Shown piece by piece: positions 27,521 through 36,752 of a stretch of 64,000 nt of DNA. Source of the DNA: an uncultured Syntrophorhabdus sp. (lineage in GTDB: Bacteria; Desulfobacterota; BSN033; UBA1163). Position numbers and translations under genes: made by a program. The stretch covers positions 3,277 to 67,276 of the forward strand of contig CAYZFX010000011.1 of assembly GCA_964477935.1 (NCBI GenBank), given 5' to 3'. The number at the start of each line of letters is the position of its first letter. The first letter of the stretch is position 1. The notes below the pieces were generated by a model. The model made no database searches, was not told the origin of the DNA, and saw only the letters and a program-made list of their open reading frames with translations.

Positions 27521-27549
27521 AAGATACGATAAATTGAGGACCCTGTCAA
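27521..27549 (-). promoter_or_regulatory. sigma70 promoter of the radical SAM-rng operon
   Basis: TTGACA-N17-TATCTT. Confidence 0.6.
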
Positions 27550-27595
27550 TTTAACGAAACCGGTCATGATCAGGAGTCGATGAAACCGTATCCCC

Positions 27596-28303
27596 TCATC
27601 GGAAAGAATCCTTTCTTGAGATTCTCTCCCTCAGCTTCGGCTCCGTATAATAGGCCGTGACCATCTCGTTACTGTGATCGGTGTCGGTCTGAATGCCGAT
27701 GGCGATGACCGGGAGGGGATCGGTATGGAAGGCGGTTTTAAAATCTTTTTGGATGTCCCGTTGATAATAGAGCCACTGTCCTGTTTTGGTTTCGCCGGAT
27801 TCCACGACAAAGACCTTACAATGCCTCTCTCCCGGGTGGTCGAAGAGATACCCTTTCGGCTGATGGGTGGCCCAGATGTATTCGATCCTTAAGCCAGAGG
27901 GTTCGCCCAATCGCAGCCTTCTGAAAGCTCTCTCTTTACCGAAGACGACGATTACGCGAGCCGCTGCATCGAAACGGTCTTTCCTCGTCTCGATCGAGGA
28001 GCGAACGACATTCGAGACCTTCCAACCCCAGGCAAGGAGGGGCAGACCTCTTTCCTTCTCTTGAGTCTCCCTATAGAGGGAGGAACGACCGCCCACGCTC
28101 TCCGCCTTGATGATCCCCTTGCCTGCGGAGGCATATCGGGTGGGTGGGACGGGAAAATACTTCACCTCCCACCAGCCCTTGACCGGAGACTCAGACTCTC
28201 TGGCCGGTTCCTCCGGTGTCCCAAAAAAGGGGATCTGGGTGACGAAGAGAAAGAACAAGAATGGGATCGACAGGAATCTCACCATGAGTACTTTATACCA
28301 CAA
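27596..28303 (-). CDS. DUF3047-like exported protein
   Basis: Signal-like N-terminus; L.WGWKV, D.AARVIV.F, YIW, VESG, GQW...RDI..DF..AF and IQTDTDHS patterns. Confidence 0.8.
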   Translation of the reverse strand: MWYKVLMVRFLSIPFLFFLFVTQIPFFGTPEEPARESESPVKGWWEVKYFPVPPTRYASAGKGIIKAESVGGRSSLYRETQEKERGLPLLAWGWKVSNVVRSSIETRKDRFDAAARVIVVFGKERAFRRLRLGEPSGLRIEYIWATHQPKGYLFDHPGERHCKVFVVESGETKTGQWLYYQRDIQKDFKTAFHTDPLPVIAIGIQTDTDHSNEMVTAYYTEPKLRERISRKDSFR

Positions 28304-28325
28304 AGGCCGGCCATTGAGAAATCCT

Positions 28326-28354
28326 TTGACAGGTCTTCTTCGGTTATCTATAAT
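28326..28354 (+). promoter_or_regulatory. Perfect-consensus sigma70 promoter
   Basis: TTGACA-N17-TATAAT exactly (28326-28331 and 28349-28354). Confidence 0.8.
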
Positions 28355-28374
28355 TTTTATTCCTTCCTTCGAAG

Positions 28375-29073
28375 ATGGCGACCCGGGAGGTTCTCGCGGA
28401 ACGAATGAGAGAGGGTTTTAAGAAGGTCTCCTTAGGCTTCTGCTGTCTCCTTTGCCTGTTGGCCCCTTATTGGAAAGCTGAAAAGGGTTTTTCCGAGGCG
28501 ATCAACTTTAAGAGTCTCGAAGCTGACCTGTTGAGGGAACTCAATTCGGTTCGCTCCGCTCCCCAAACCTATGCTTCCCATCTCAGGGAGATGAAGCCTT
28601 TTTATCACGGGCGGGAGCTGAGGCGGCCAGGAGAGAGGGTCATCCTGACCCAGGAAGGGATTTCGGCCCTGACCGAGGCGATCCGTTTTTTAGAGCGTCT
28701 CTCCCCTGTGCCGACGTTGAGGTTATCCAAGGGTCTCTCCTTAGGGGCAAGGGATCATGTCGAGGCTCAGGCAAAGACCGGGGCGGTCGGTCACGGGAGT
28801 TCTGAAGGAGAGAGACCTCACGAAAGGGTCTCTCTTTATGGAAGCTGGGAGAGGAAGGTCGGGGAGAATATCGTTTATGGGTGCCGAGGAGGACGCGAGG
28901 CCATCTTGACCCTCCTCGTCGATGATGGCGTCCCCAGCCGGAACCACCGGAAGATAATCGTGGATCGGGATTTTCGTGCGGTGGGGATCGCCTGCGGGCC
29001 TCATCCGGTTTATGAGACGCTCTGCGTGTTAATCTTTGCCGGAGAATATCGGGAAAAGAGGGAGGGGCCCTGA
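28375..29073 (+). CDS. CAP (SCP/Tpx-1/Ag5/PR-1) domain exported protein
   Basis: LN.VR..P, ARDH, GENI.YG, LLVDDGVPSRNHR.II and GIACGPH motifs. Confidence 0.88.
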   Translation: MATREVLAERMREGFKKVSLGFCCLLCLLAPYWKAEKGFSEAINFKSLEADLLRELNSVRSAPQTYASHLREMKPFYHGRELRRPGERVILTQEGISALTEAIRFLERLSPVPTLRLSKGLSLGARDHVEAQAKTGAVGHGSSEGERPHERVSLYGSWERKVGENIVYGCRGGREAILTLLVDDGVPSRNHRKIIVDRDFRAVGIACGPHPVYETLCVLIFAGEYREKREGP

Positions 29074-29133
29074 AGAGATCCCTCTGCGTTGAAAAGGGAG
29101 GGGCGAAAGGGTTAATATCACACCATTCAACCT

Positions 29134-29817
29134 ATGAATCCGTTGGACATGACAGGGATCGAGGCCGTCCTCTTTGATTTTGAGGGGACGCTGGTAGATC
29201 ATCAGTGGAATCGGAAGGAGGCGGTCGAAGAGGTATTGAAAGGATTGTTCGGCCTCGGCCTTCCGGTGGAGAGGCTTCGGGGAAAGAAGTATTCCCTTCT
29301 CAAGCCCGAAGCCATGGCCGTCGCCAAGGAGATGGGCCGAAATCCCGATGAGGCGGCGGATGTGGTTGAGACGGTCTACGAGCGGTTCGACGAGGAGGCC
29401 TTGCTTCGATGGAACCTCAGACCGAAGGCCAGAGAGTTTCTCTCGCTTCTTAAATCTCTTAAGATCCGAACCGGACTGGTCACCAATTTAGGATCAAAAA
29501 CATTGAGAAGGGCAATTCAGAGGCTCGGCCTCGATTCCCTTTTCGATACGTTCGTGACCCGGAACGATGTTCGCTTTCCCAAACCGAACGGCGAAGGGAT
29601 TTGCCTTGCCCTTGAACGGATCGGAGTGGAAAGGGAGAGGGCCTTTTATATCGGAGACAGCGTCGACGATCTTCAGGCCGCTAAAGAGGCCGGGGTGCGG
29701 GTAGCGATTATCACAGGGGGGGAGAGTTCGCCTTCGGAGATTCTCTCCCAACGTCCTGATATGTTAATCGAGGACTATGGAGAGTTGATCGCCCGTTTCG
29801 GGAAGGAGAAGATTTGA
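29134..29817 (+). CDS. HAD-IA hydrolase (phosphoglycolate phosphatase-like) with DFEGT motif I
   Basis: FDFEGTLVD, VTN, KP and IGDSVDD motifs. Confidence 0.85.
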   Translation: MNPLDMTGIEAVLFDFEGTLVDHQWNRKEAVEEVLKGLFGLGLPVERLRGKKYSLLKPEAMAVAKEMGRNPDEAADVVETVYERFDEEALLRWNLRPKAREFLSLLKSLKIRTGLVTNLGSKTLRRAIQRLGLDSLFDTFVTRNDVRFPKPNGEGICLALERIGVERERAFYIGDSVDDLQAAKEAGVRVAIITGGESSPSEILSQRPDMLIEDYGELIARFGKEKI

Positions 29818-30695
29818 AGGCCCTTTGCATTCTCCTCGCATTTCTTTTAGGAGGGACCGGGATTGCGCCTCCCGGCCTTGCTGAGGACCTTCAACGTTTA
29901 CCTCCCCATTATCGGGATCTCGTGGACCGGCTGATCAAAGACGGTCTCGAGAAGGACTTTTTAATCCCTCTCTTCCTCGATCCCCGTGCCGAACCCATTC
30001 CGAACCGGTTGACCATCTCCCTGATGACCCGGGAGGTCCCAGAGCTCTACACCAGATTTCTGAGCTTCGAATCGATCCTTCTCGCCAAGGGTTTTCTCCT
30101 GGAACATCGCCGCACCTTGAACGAGATGGAGAGGACCTTTGGCGTGGAAAAGGAGATCGCCGTTGCCATCCTCCTCGTCGAGTCGCGCTTCGGCGAGAAT
30201 ATCGGGAGACACAGGGTCATCCCCACCCTGGCCTCTCTGGCCCTGTTGGATTCTCCGGAGAATCTCGCCCGAAACTTTTCGGACATCTGGTTGGAGAACC
30301 CAGAGGTCCCCTATAGCTGGATCGAATTCCTGGCCAGCCGAAGGGCCAGATGGGCCTATCAGGAGCTGAAGAAGTTCCTTGAGATCGTCCGTTCCGAAGC
30401 GATCGACCCCCTGGAGATCTATGGGTCCATCGCCGGAGCCCTGGGCATGCCTCAGTTCATTCCCTCCAGTTATCTCGCCTATGCGGTCAAGAGGAATAGT
30501 TTTAAGGAGTGGTTATATGATGTGGATTCAGCCATCTTCAGCATCGGCAACTTTTTGAAGTCTCATGGATGGAGAATGGGGCTGTCCACCGCCCAGCAGA
30601 AGAAACTCCTCTGGCACTATAATCGCAGCGAACCCTACGGAGAGACGATCGTCGAAATCGCCCGCAGGCTTATGAAATCCACGAAGGAGCGTTGA
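29814..30695 (+). CDS. mltB: Lytic murein transglycosylase B-like
   Basis: Signal peptide; ILLVESRFG catalytic Glu, GSIAGALGMPQFIPSSY, SIGNFL..HGW and YNRS..Y motifs. Confidence 0.88.
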   Translation: MKALCILLAFLLGGTGIAPPGLAEDLQRLPPHYRDLVDRLIKDGLEKDFLIPLFLDPRAEPIPNRLTISLMTREVPELYTRFLSFESILLAKGFLLEHRRTLNEMERTFGVEKEIAVAILLVESRFGENIGRHRVIPTLASLALLDSPENLARNFSDIWLENPEVPYSWIEFLASRRARWAYQELKKFLEIVRSEAIDPLEIYGSIAGALGMPQFIPSSYLAYAVKRNSFKEWLYDVDSAIFSIGNFLKSHGWRMGLSTAQQKKLLWHYNRSEPYGETIVEIARRLMKSTKER

Positions 30696-30706
30696 ACGAG
30701 AGGATC

Positions 30707-31921
30707 ATGAAAAGATCTCTTCTCATCATCGCCACCCTCGATACCAAAGGCAGGGAGGCGGCCTTTGTGAGGGATTGTGTCCGAGAGAAAGGGACCGATA
30801 CCCTCCTGATGGATGTCGGGACGCTTGGTCCTCCCCTCGTCTCTCCGGATATCCCTTCCGAGGAGGTCGTCCGGGCAGCGGGCTACAACCTGCAGGAAGT
30901 GAGGGAAAAGAACGATCGCTCTTTGGCGATCCGGGCGGTCCAGGAAGGAGGAGCCATCATCGCAAGACGTCTCTATGGGGAGGGGAGATTGGACGGTCTC
31001 TTCGGTTTGGGGGGAGGGACCGGCACCGCGATCGTCACCCACATCATGCGGGCCCTACCCTTTGGCCTTCCAAAACTGGTCCTCTCCACCGTCGTCTCAC
31101 GGGATGTTCGGGAATATGTTGGGACGAAGGATATCGTGATGTTCCATTCGGTGGCGGACATTCTCGGGATGAATGAATTCTTACGGCTCATCCTCGGTCA
31201 GGCTGCCTGGGCCATCCAGGGAATGATGGAGAGGGGAAGTGTCGTACCGAGGGGGAAGCCGATGGTGGCGGTGACCGCCTACGGGATCAACTCCCTTTGT
31301 GCCCTCCATGCGGAACCCCTGCTCAAGGAAAGAGGTTACGAGATGATCGCCTTCCATGCCAATGGCTGTGGCGGCATGGCCATGGAGGAACTCATCGGTC
31401 AAGGCCTGATCGAGGGCGTCCTCGATTTTACCACCCACGAGATTGCCGACGAGATGTTCGGAGGATACTGCCGGGGGATCGGACCGAGCCGGCTCGAGAC
31501 CGCGGGCCTGATGGGAATCCCCCAGGTTGTCGTCCCGGGCGGGCTGGACAACGCGGTTTTCAGCCCTTTTTATCCGATGCCTGATCGATTGAGAGGCAGA
31601 AAGACCCACCCCCACGATATCCGGTTCTGTGTCCGGTTGGGTCCCGAGGAGATGGTGGAGTTTGCCAGGATCATCGGAGAGAAATTGAAGAAGGCCATAG
31701 GGCCTACCGCGGTCTTGGTCCCAAGGAAGGGCTGGTCCGAAGCCGACAAGCCCGGGAGTGACCTCTTCGATCCGGAGACCGATCAGATCTTTGTCGAAGA
31801 GCTCCGAAAGATCGTCGGTTCGCGAATCCCCATCGAGGAGGTAGAGGCCCATATCAGCGACCCAGCCTTTGCGAAAAGAGCTGTGGATCTCCTGGACGGG
31901 ATGATCCGTTCAAAAAAATAA
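30707..31921 (+). CDS. Tm-1-like ATP-binding domain protein (UPF0261)
   Basis: TLDTKG.E, GGGTGT, LPFGLPK..LSTV, FHANG.GG.AME and PG.LD motifs. Confidence 0.9.
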   Translation: MKRSLLIIATLDTKGREAAFVRDCVREKGTDTLLMDVGTLGPPLVSPDIPSEEVVRAAGYNLQEVREKNDRSLAIRAVQEGGAIIARRLYGEGRLDGLFGLGGGTGTAIVTHIMRALPFGLPKLVLSTVVSRDVREYVGTKDIVMFHSVADILGMNEFLRLILGQAAWAIQGMMERGSVVPRGKPMVAVTAYGINSLCALHAEPLLKERGYEMIAFHANGCGGMAMEELIGQGLIEGVLDFTTHEIADEMFGGYCRGIGPSRLETAGLMGIPQVVVPGGLDNAVFSPFYPMPDRLRGRKTHPHDIRFCVRLGPEEMVEFARIIGEKLKKAIGPTAVLVPRKGWSEADKPGSDLFDPETDQIFVEELRKIVGSRIPIEEVEAHISDPAFAKRAVDLLDGMIRSKK

Positions 31922-31970
31922 GATGAGAAATCCTTTCCTGACGGAGAAAAAGGAGACGAGCCATTAAATG

Positions 31971-32000
31971 GAAAAGCCCCTCTTTGAAAGGGGGCTTTTC
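31971..32000. terminator. Bidirectional intrinsic terminator
   Basis: GAAAAGCCCC-TCTTTGAAAG-GGGGCTTTTC hairpin between the convergent UPF0261 gene and the small peptide gene. Confidence 0.8.
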
Positions 32001-32133
32001 GTCTTGATTTCTGTGACCTTCGAAGACGTTCGTGTCTTCCTGAGGCAGGTTTTCAAACCCTTTCGTTCCGTTCTCTATCGTCGATAGGGCTTGAGGGGCT
32101 TCCTTCCTTCCTGAGAGGCAGCCCGTCACGATC

Positions 32134-32196
32134 TTAACAGGAGGCCTTACATTTGCACGTGGTGGCCAATCTCTTGGGGACCTTCTTGATCGTCAT
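32134..32196 (-). CDS. 20-aa basic Cys-rich peptide MTIKKVPKRLATTCKCKASC; not in the ORF track
   Basis: ATG 32196 to TAA 32134, preceded by AAAGGAGGTGA 5 nt upstream; has a dedicated promoter and a downstream terminator. Confidence 0.75.
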   Translation of the reverse strand: MTIKKVPKRLATTCKCKASC

Positions 32197-32223
32197 TGTC
32201 CTCACCTCCTTTCGCTAAACTTA

Positions 32224-32253
32224 AGGGTAGCACAACTGCCTGGCTAAAGGCAA
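32224..32253 (-). promoter_or_regulatory. sigma70 promoter of the small peptide gene
   Basis: TTGCCT-N18-TACCCT with extended TG. Confidence 0.55.
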
Positions 32254-32548
32254 CCTCGTCTCGATCTTGGTCATAAGGATCCTTCGCCCTTTCAGGCCGT
32301 TGGGTAACCTTTCAGTCAAAGGAACAAAAAGGGTTGGGAGGTTCCTCCGGAAAAACCTTGAGGCGAAACCTTGATTCATTTAACGACCGAGGCTTGCCTC
32401 AAAAGAATACCAATTCAAAAAAGGCAGGAAGACCCATTAGGGTCACTTCAATTGCCCGCCATTCAAGGTTTTGGAGGGGGAATCTTCCAACCCTATTGAA
32501 CCCATGTGCCTCCGTAACTGAGGGGTTACGCCGTTGGTCCGGTTTTTC

Positions 32549-32577
32549 TTGACATCTCCCCTTCGATTTGTTAATTT
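32549..32577 (+). promoter_or_regulatory. sigma70 promoter of the DHS-like gene
   Basis: TTGACA-N17-TAATTT with extended TG. Confidence 0.65.
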
Positions 32578-32612
32578 CCGCAACAATCCCATCCTACTAA
32601 AGGTGTCGGCCG

Positions 32613-33662
32613 ATGAGAGCGAGAGGGAAGACGAAATTTCTAAGGCATCCGGTTCATCCCATTGATGTGACGAAGACCCGGAACCTCTACGATCTGGTCC
32701 GGGCCTTTCAGCACACCTCGTTTCAGAGCCGAAATCTCTACAAATGTTTTGAGGTCTTTCGGAAGATGCTGGCCGACCCTTCCTGCGTCATCTTTTTGGG
32801 ATTGTCAGGAGCCATGATCCCGGGGGGGATGCGGAAGGTGATCCGGGATATGATCGAACTGAGGTTGATCGATGTCCTGGTTTCCACAGGGGCCAATATC
32901 TTCCACGATCTCTTTGAGAGTTTCGGCTATCGCCATTATGTCGGCACTCCGGAGGGTGATGATGACGCCCTTCGAAAACACCGGATCGTTCGGGTCTATG
33001 ATGCCCTGATGGATGACCATGAGATCAACCGGGTCATCCAGCTCCTCTCGGAAGTGCCCCGGGAGTTGGGGGAGGAGGTTGTCTCGTCCCGGAGATACCT
33101 CGAGGTCTTGGGAAATCAGCTCCAAGACAGGGGGTCCATTTTGAGGACCGCTGCCCGATGCGGGGTACCGGTCTTCGTTCCTGCCCTCAGTGACAGCTCG
33201 ATCGGCATCGGATTAACCTTCCTCCACGCCCGGAAGGAGAATCCTTCGGACGGATTGATCATCGACCAGATCCGGGATAGCTTCGAGATTGCCCAGCTGA
33301 AGAAGAAGGCCAAGACCACCGGCGCTATCTACATCGGCGGAGGGGTCCCGAAGAATTATATCCAACAACTGGGCCCTGTGAGCGAACTCCTGTTTAAGCA
33401 GGAGAGTGGTCACCGTTACGCCTTCCAGGTGACCACAGACGATCCCAAATGGGGAGGTCTTTCGGGATGTACCTTCGAGGAGGCCAAGTCCTGGGGGAAG
33501 ATCGAAAAGGAGTCGGCCTATGCCGCTGTCTATTTGGATGCCACGATCGCCCTCCCCCTCCTGGTGGGTGCTATCCTTCAGGAAGGCAGAGTTTACAAAG
33601 AGAGGAAGCGTAGAAAGTTCATCTGGGAAGGGGACCGCCTTCAATCCATCGCCTTCGTTTAA
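32613..33662 (+). CDS. Deoxyhypusine synthase-family protein (bacterial; probable polyamine/homospermidine synthase-type)
   Basis: FQSRNL, LVSTGAN..HD, PALSDSSIG, GGGVPKN, GGLSG...EEAKSWGK (catalytic Lys) and DATIALP motifs. Confidence 0.92.
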   Translation: MRARGKTKFLRHPVHPIDVTKTRNLYDLVRAFQHTSFQSRNLYKCFEVFRKMLADPSCVIFLGLSGAMIPGGMRKVIRDMIELRLIDVLVSTGANIFHDLFESFGYRHYVGTPEGDDDALRKHRIVRVYDALMDDHEINRVIQLLSEVPRELGEEVVSSRRYLEVLGNQLQDRGSILRTAARCGVPVFVPALSDSSIGIGLTFLHARKENPSDGLIIDQIRDSFEIAQLKKKAKTTGAIYIGGGVPKNYIQQLGPVSELLFKQESGHRYAFQVTTDDPKWGGLSGCTFEEAKSWGKIEKESAYAAVYLDATIALPLLVGAILQEGRVYKERKRRKFIWEGDRLQSIAFV

Positions 33663-33829
33663 AACGTCCTTTCCCTCTCCCCACCTTCTCTGGCGGCCAC
33701 CTTCTTGAGCCTTTCCAACCCCCCTTTACGACTTCAGGGTCTCTTTTGGGTGAAGAGGCTTGAAATTGGAGGAACAAGGGTTATATTATGGTATGTAAAC
33801 CCCTTGAAAAGAGAAGGAGTTTAATCTCG

Positions 33830-35611
33830 ATGAAGGACATTGAATCGAAGATTCCAGATCAGAAAGAGCTGGAAAGAGAGCTGAATGAATATTTAGGAAA
33901 GAAATACGGGGACCGGATCAGGCTCGTCGTGCCCATGCTCTTCCCCAAACCCCAGACCGAAGAGGTTTCAAAGGAGGAGAAAGAGGCGGGCGAGAAGAAA
34001 AGGAAGATCCATTTCGACATGAAACCCGAGGAGCTGGAGGCCTTTCTCAACGATTACATTATCCGGCAGGAGGAGGCCAAGGAGATCCTCGCCACCAAGA
34101 TCTGCACCCACTTCAACCGGATCAAGTTCACAGAGATGACGAAAGGGAAGACCCGCTATGAAGGGGTCGGTCACATCAAGAACAATATCCTGATGATCGG
34201 TCCCACCGGGGTCGGAAAGACCTATCTGATCAAGCTGATCGCCAAGAAGCTGGGCGTCCCCTTTGTCAAGGGCGATGCGACGAAGTTCAGCGAGACCGGT
34301 TACGTGGGGGGCGATGTGGAGGACCTTGTCCGGGACCTCGTCTATGAGGCCAACGGAGATATTGAGCTGGCCCAGTACGGGATCATTTACATCGACGAGA
34401 TCGACAAGATCGCCTCGTCCAACAATTTGATCGGCCCGGACGTCTCGAGGACGGGCGTTCAACGAGCCCTTCTGAAGCCGATGGAGGAGACGGAGGTCGA
34501 CCTGAAGGTCCCCCATGATCCGATCTCCCAGCTCGAGGCGATCGAACAGTACCGGAAGACGGGGAAGAGGGAGAAGCGGACGATCAATACCAAACATATC
34601 CTCTTCATCATGAGCGGGGCGTTCAACGGTCTGGAGGAGATCATCAAAAAGAGGCTCAACCGGGAGGGGATCGGTTTCGGTGCTGAGATTCGTTCGAAGG
34701 ACGAACGGGCGGAATATCTCAAGCAGGTGAAGGCCGAAGACCTCATCGCCTTCGGGTTCGAATCGGAATTCATTGGGAGGCTCCCGGTCCTTGCGGTCTT
34801 CGAGAAGCTCGAGGTGGAAGACCTCTTCGCCATCCTCAAGAATCCCAACAATCCGATCATCTTAGGGAAGAAGAAGGATTTCAAGTCCTACGGGATCGAT
34901 ATCCAGTTCGAAGAGGATGCCCTCTACGAGCTGGCGGTCAAGGCCTTCGAAGAGAAGACCGGGGCGCGGGGATTGGTCAGCGCGGTGGAGAAGGTCCTCC
35001 TCAAGTTTGAGAAGCGACTCCCCTCCACTGCCATTCGCCAATTCGTCGTCACCCGGGAGGTGGTGCTCCATCCGGAGCAGGAGTTGGAGCGATTGCTCCA
35101 AGACCCGATGAATCCTGAGCGGGTCGCCCGATTTGAGAAGCTCTTTGAACGGGAGAAGATGGAGTTGAAGGAATCGATCCGGAAACGAGAAGGGGAGTTC
35201 CGGAGGCGATACGGGGTCGCTTTTCCGGAGAGGCGGATCGACCTGATCGCGCACCGGATGCTCACCAAGGGATTCGATGTGAACACGGTCATTGAAGAGG
35301 TGGTGGAGGTCCAACGACAGATCGAGGATTTTGAGAGGCTCTTCGAACAGCGGAATGGCATCCGCCTGAGATTTGAAAATGAGGCGATCGATCGGATTAC
35401 GGAGATGGCGCTCGAAGAGAATCAAAGAGGCGAGATGGTCTGCTTCCGTCTCTTGAAGGATTACGAGCATGGCATCAAGCTGATTCGGGATCGGCTCGGC
35501 CGGAAGGAGCTTCTGATCACCCGCGAAGCGATCGACAACCCCGAGGAATATCTCAACCGGGTGATCCAGGAGATTTACAGCCGGCGAATCGAATCCGAAT
35601 TTGAGGGATGA
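33830..35611 (+). CDS. ClpX/HslU-like AAA+ ATPase lacking the N-terminal Zn finger, with a C-terminal extension
   Basis: [43 protein letters not shown] loop and TGARGL. Start set at ATG 33830 after AAGGAG. Confidence 0.88.
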   Translation: MKDIESKIPDQKELERELNEYLGKKYGDRIRLVVPMLFPKPQTEEVSKEEKEAGEKKRKIHFDMKPEELEAFLNDYIIRQEEAKEILATKICTHFNRIKFTEMTKGKTRYEGVGHIKNNILMIGPTGVGKTYLIKLIAKKLGVPFVKGDATKFSETGYVGGDVEDLVRDLVYEANGDIELAQYGIIYIDEIDKIASSNNLIGPDVSRTGVQRALLKPMEETEVDLKVPHDPISQLEAIEQYRKTGKREKRTINTKHILFIMSGAFNGLEEIIKKRLNREGIGFGAEIRSKDERAEYLKQVKAEDLIAFGFESEFIGRLPVLAVFEKLEVEDLFAILKNPNNPIILGKKKDFKSYGIDIQFEEDALYELAVKAFEEKTGARGLVSAVEKVLLKFEKRLPSTAIRQFVVTREVVLHPEQELERLLQDPMNPERVARFEKLFEREKMELKESIRKREGEFRRRYGVAFPERRIDLIAHRMLTKGFDVNTVIEEVVEVQRQIEDFERLFEQRNGIRLRFENEAIDRITEMALEENQRGEMVCFRLLKDYEHGIKLIRDRLGRKELLITREAIDNPEEYLNRVIQEIYSRRIESEFEG

Positions 35612-35616
35612 GGACC

Positions 35617-36537
35617 ATGGCCACGAGAGACTATTATGAGATCTTGGGGGTCAGCAAGAACGCGACCGATGAAGAGATCAAGCGGGCCTACCGAAAACTG
35701 GCGATGAAGTATCATCCCGATCGTAATCCAAACAAGAAGGAGGCGGAGGAACGCTTCAAGGAGATCAACGAGGCCTATGCTGTTTTAAGTGATAAGGAGA
35801 AACGCAAACAGTACGATACCTTTGGCGCGGAGGGGTTCCGTCAGCGATTCACCCAGGAGGACATCTTCCGGGGCTTCGACATCGACGAGATCCTCTCGGG
35901 CCTCTTCGGCGGCCGGATGAGGACGGAGTTCAGGTTTGGGTCTGGACGAAGGGGGTTCGATTTCGGAGACCTCTTTGGAGGGGCTTATGGTTTTCAGGAT
36001 ATGGGCCAGACAGCCCAGAAGGGCGAGGACATCGTGTACGAGTTGCCCCTGACGATCGAAGAGGTCGCCACCGGGGTGGAGAAGAGGATCTCCTATCGAA
36101 AAAACGGGAAGGTCGAAGAGGTGTCCGTGAAGGTCCCCAAAGGCATCCCTGCCGGAAAGAAACTCCGCCTCGCAGGAAAAGGGATGGAAGGAAAGCGGGG
36201 CGGTCCTCCAGGCGATCTCTACCTTCAGATCTCCCTCCTGGACCATCCCCTCTACACCCGTGAGGGGGACGATCTCATTGTGGAGAAAGAGATCCGCTTT
36301 TCGGAGGCCGTACTGGGAGGATCGATCGAGGTTCCTACCCTCGAAGGAACGAAGAGAATCAAAATTCCCCCCGGGATCCAGAGCCACACGAAGTTGCGTT
36401 TAAAAGGGCTCGGCCTCCCCCATTTTCAGAAGGAGGGGAGGGGAGACGAGTATGTGAAGGTCATCGTGAAGGTTCCAAAGAAGGTGTCGGAGCGAGCCAA
36501 GACCCTGATCCAGGAGCTTGCCAGAGAGGGCATCTAA
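35617..36537 (+). CDS. Class B J-domain protein (DnaJ/CbpA-like, no zinc finger)
   Basis: [25 protein letters not shown] region and DnaJ_C domain (G..LRL.GKG, GDLY). Confidence 0.93.
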   Translation: MATRDYYEILGVSKNATDEEIKRAYRKLAMKYHPDRNPNKKEAEERFKEINEAYAVLSDKEKRKQYDTFGAEGFRQRFTQEDIFRGFDIDEILSGLFGGRMRTEFRFGSGRRGFDFGDLFGGAYGFQDMGQTAQKGEDIVYELPLTIEEVATGVEKRISYRKNGKVEEVSVKVPKGIPAGKKLRLAGKGMEGKRGGPPGDLYLQISLLDHPLYTREGDDLIVEKEIRFSEAVLGGSIEVPTLEGTKRIKIPPGIQSHTKLRLKGLGLPHFQKEGRGDEYVKVIVKVPKKVSERAKTLIQELAREGI

Positions 36538-36579
36538 GCCCGCCATGAATTCCCACCTCAGTCCTGCTACTGCGACGCG

Positions 36580-36606
36580 TTGACTTTTTACCTGCCCTGT
36601 TATAAA
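36580..36606 (+). promoter_or_regulatory. Promoter of the Lon-like gene, followed by a roughly 145-nt structured leader
   Basis: TTGACT...TG-T-TATAAA (short 15-nt spacer, extended -10). Confidence 0.5.
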
Positions 36607-36752
36607 AAGATTCTGATTTTCGAAAGCCTGAGATTTTTAGAGGCCGTGAAACCCGCCCCCGGGGAGTGAGGATCTCCACCTTCGGGGGGGAGGTCCGGCC
36701 CTCCGGGCCATGACCTTTAAGAAAAGGATTCCTTTCAGAGGAGGAAAGGCTT

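Noticed and set aside
31854-32129. 91-aa minus-strand ORF downstream of the Cys-rich peptide
   Set aside because: It runs through the terminator hairpin into the UPF0261 gene and has no own RBS; treated as spurious.
33759-33790. sigma32/CIRCE heat-shock control of the AAA+-DnaJ operon
   Set aside because: CTTGAAA is present but there is no CCCCAT -10 at the right distance and no CIRCE repeat; it fits a plain sigma70 promoter equally well.
33830-35611. Canonical clpX
   Set aside because: No N-terminal C4 zinc finger, no adjacent clpP/tig, and a long extra C-terminus.
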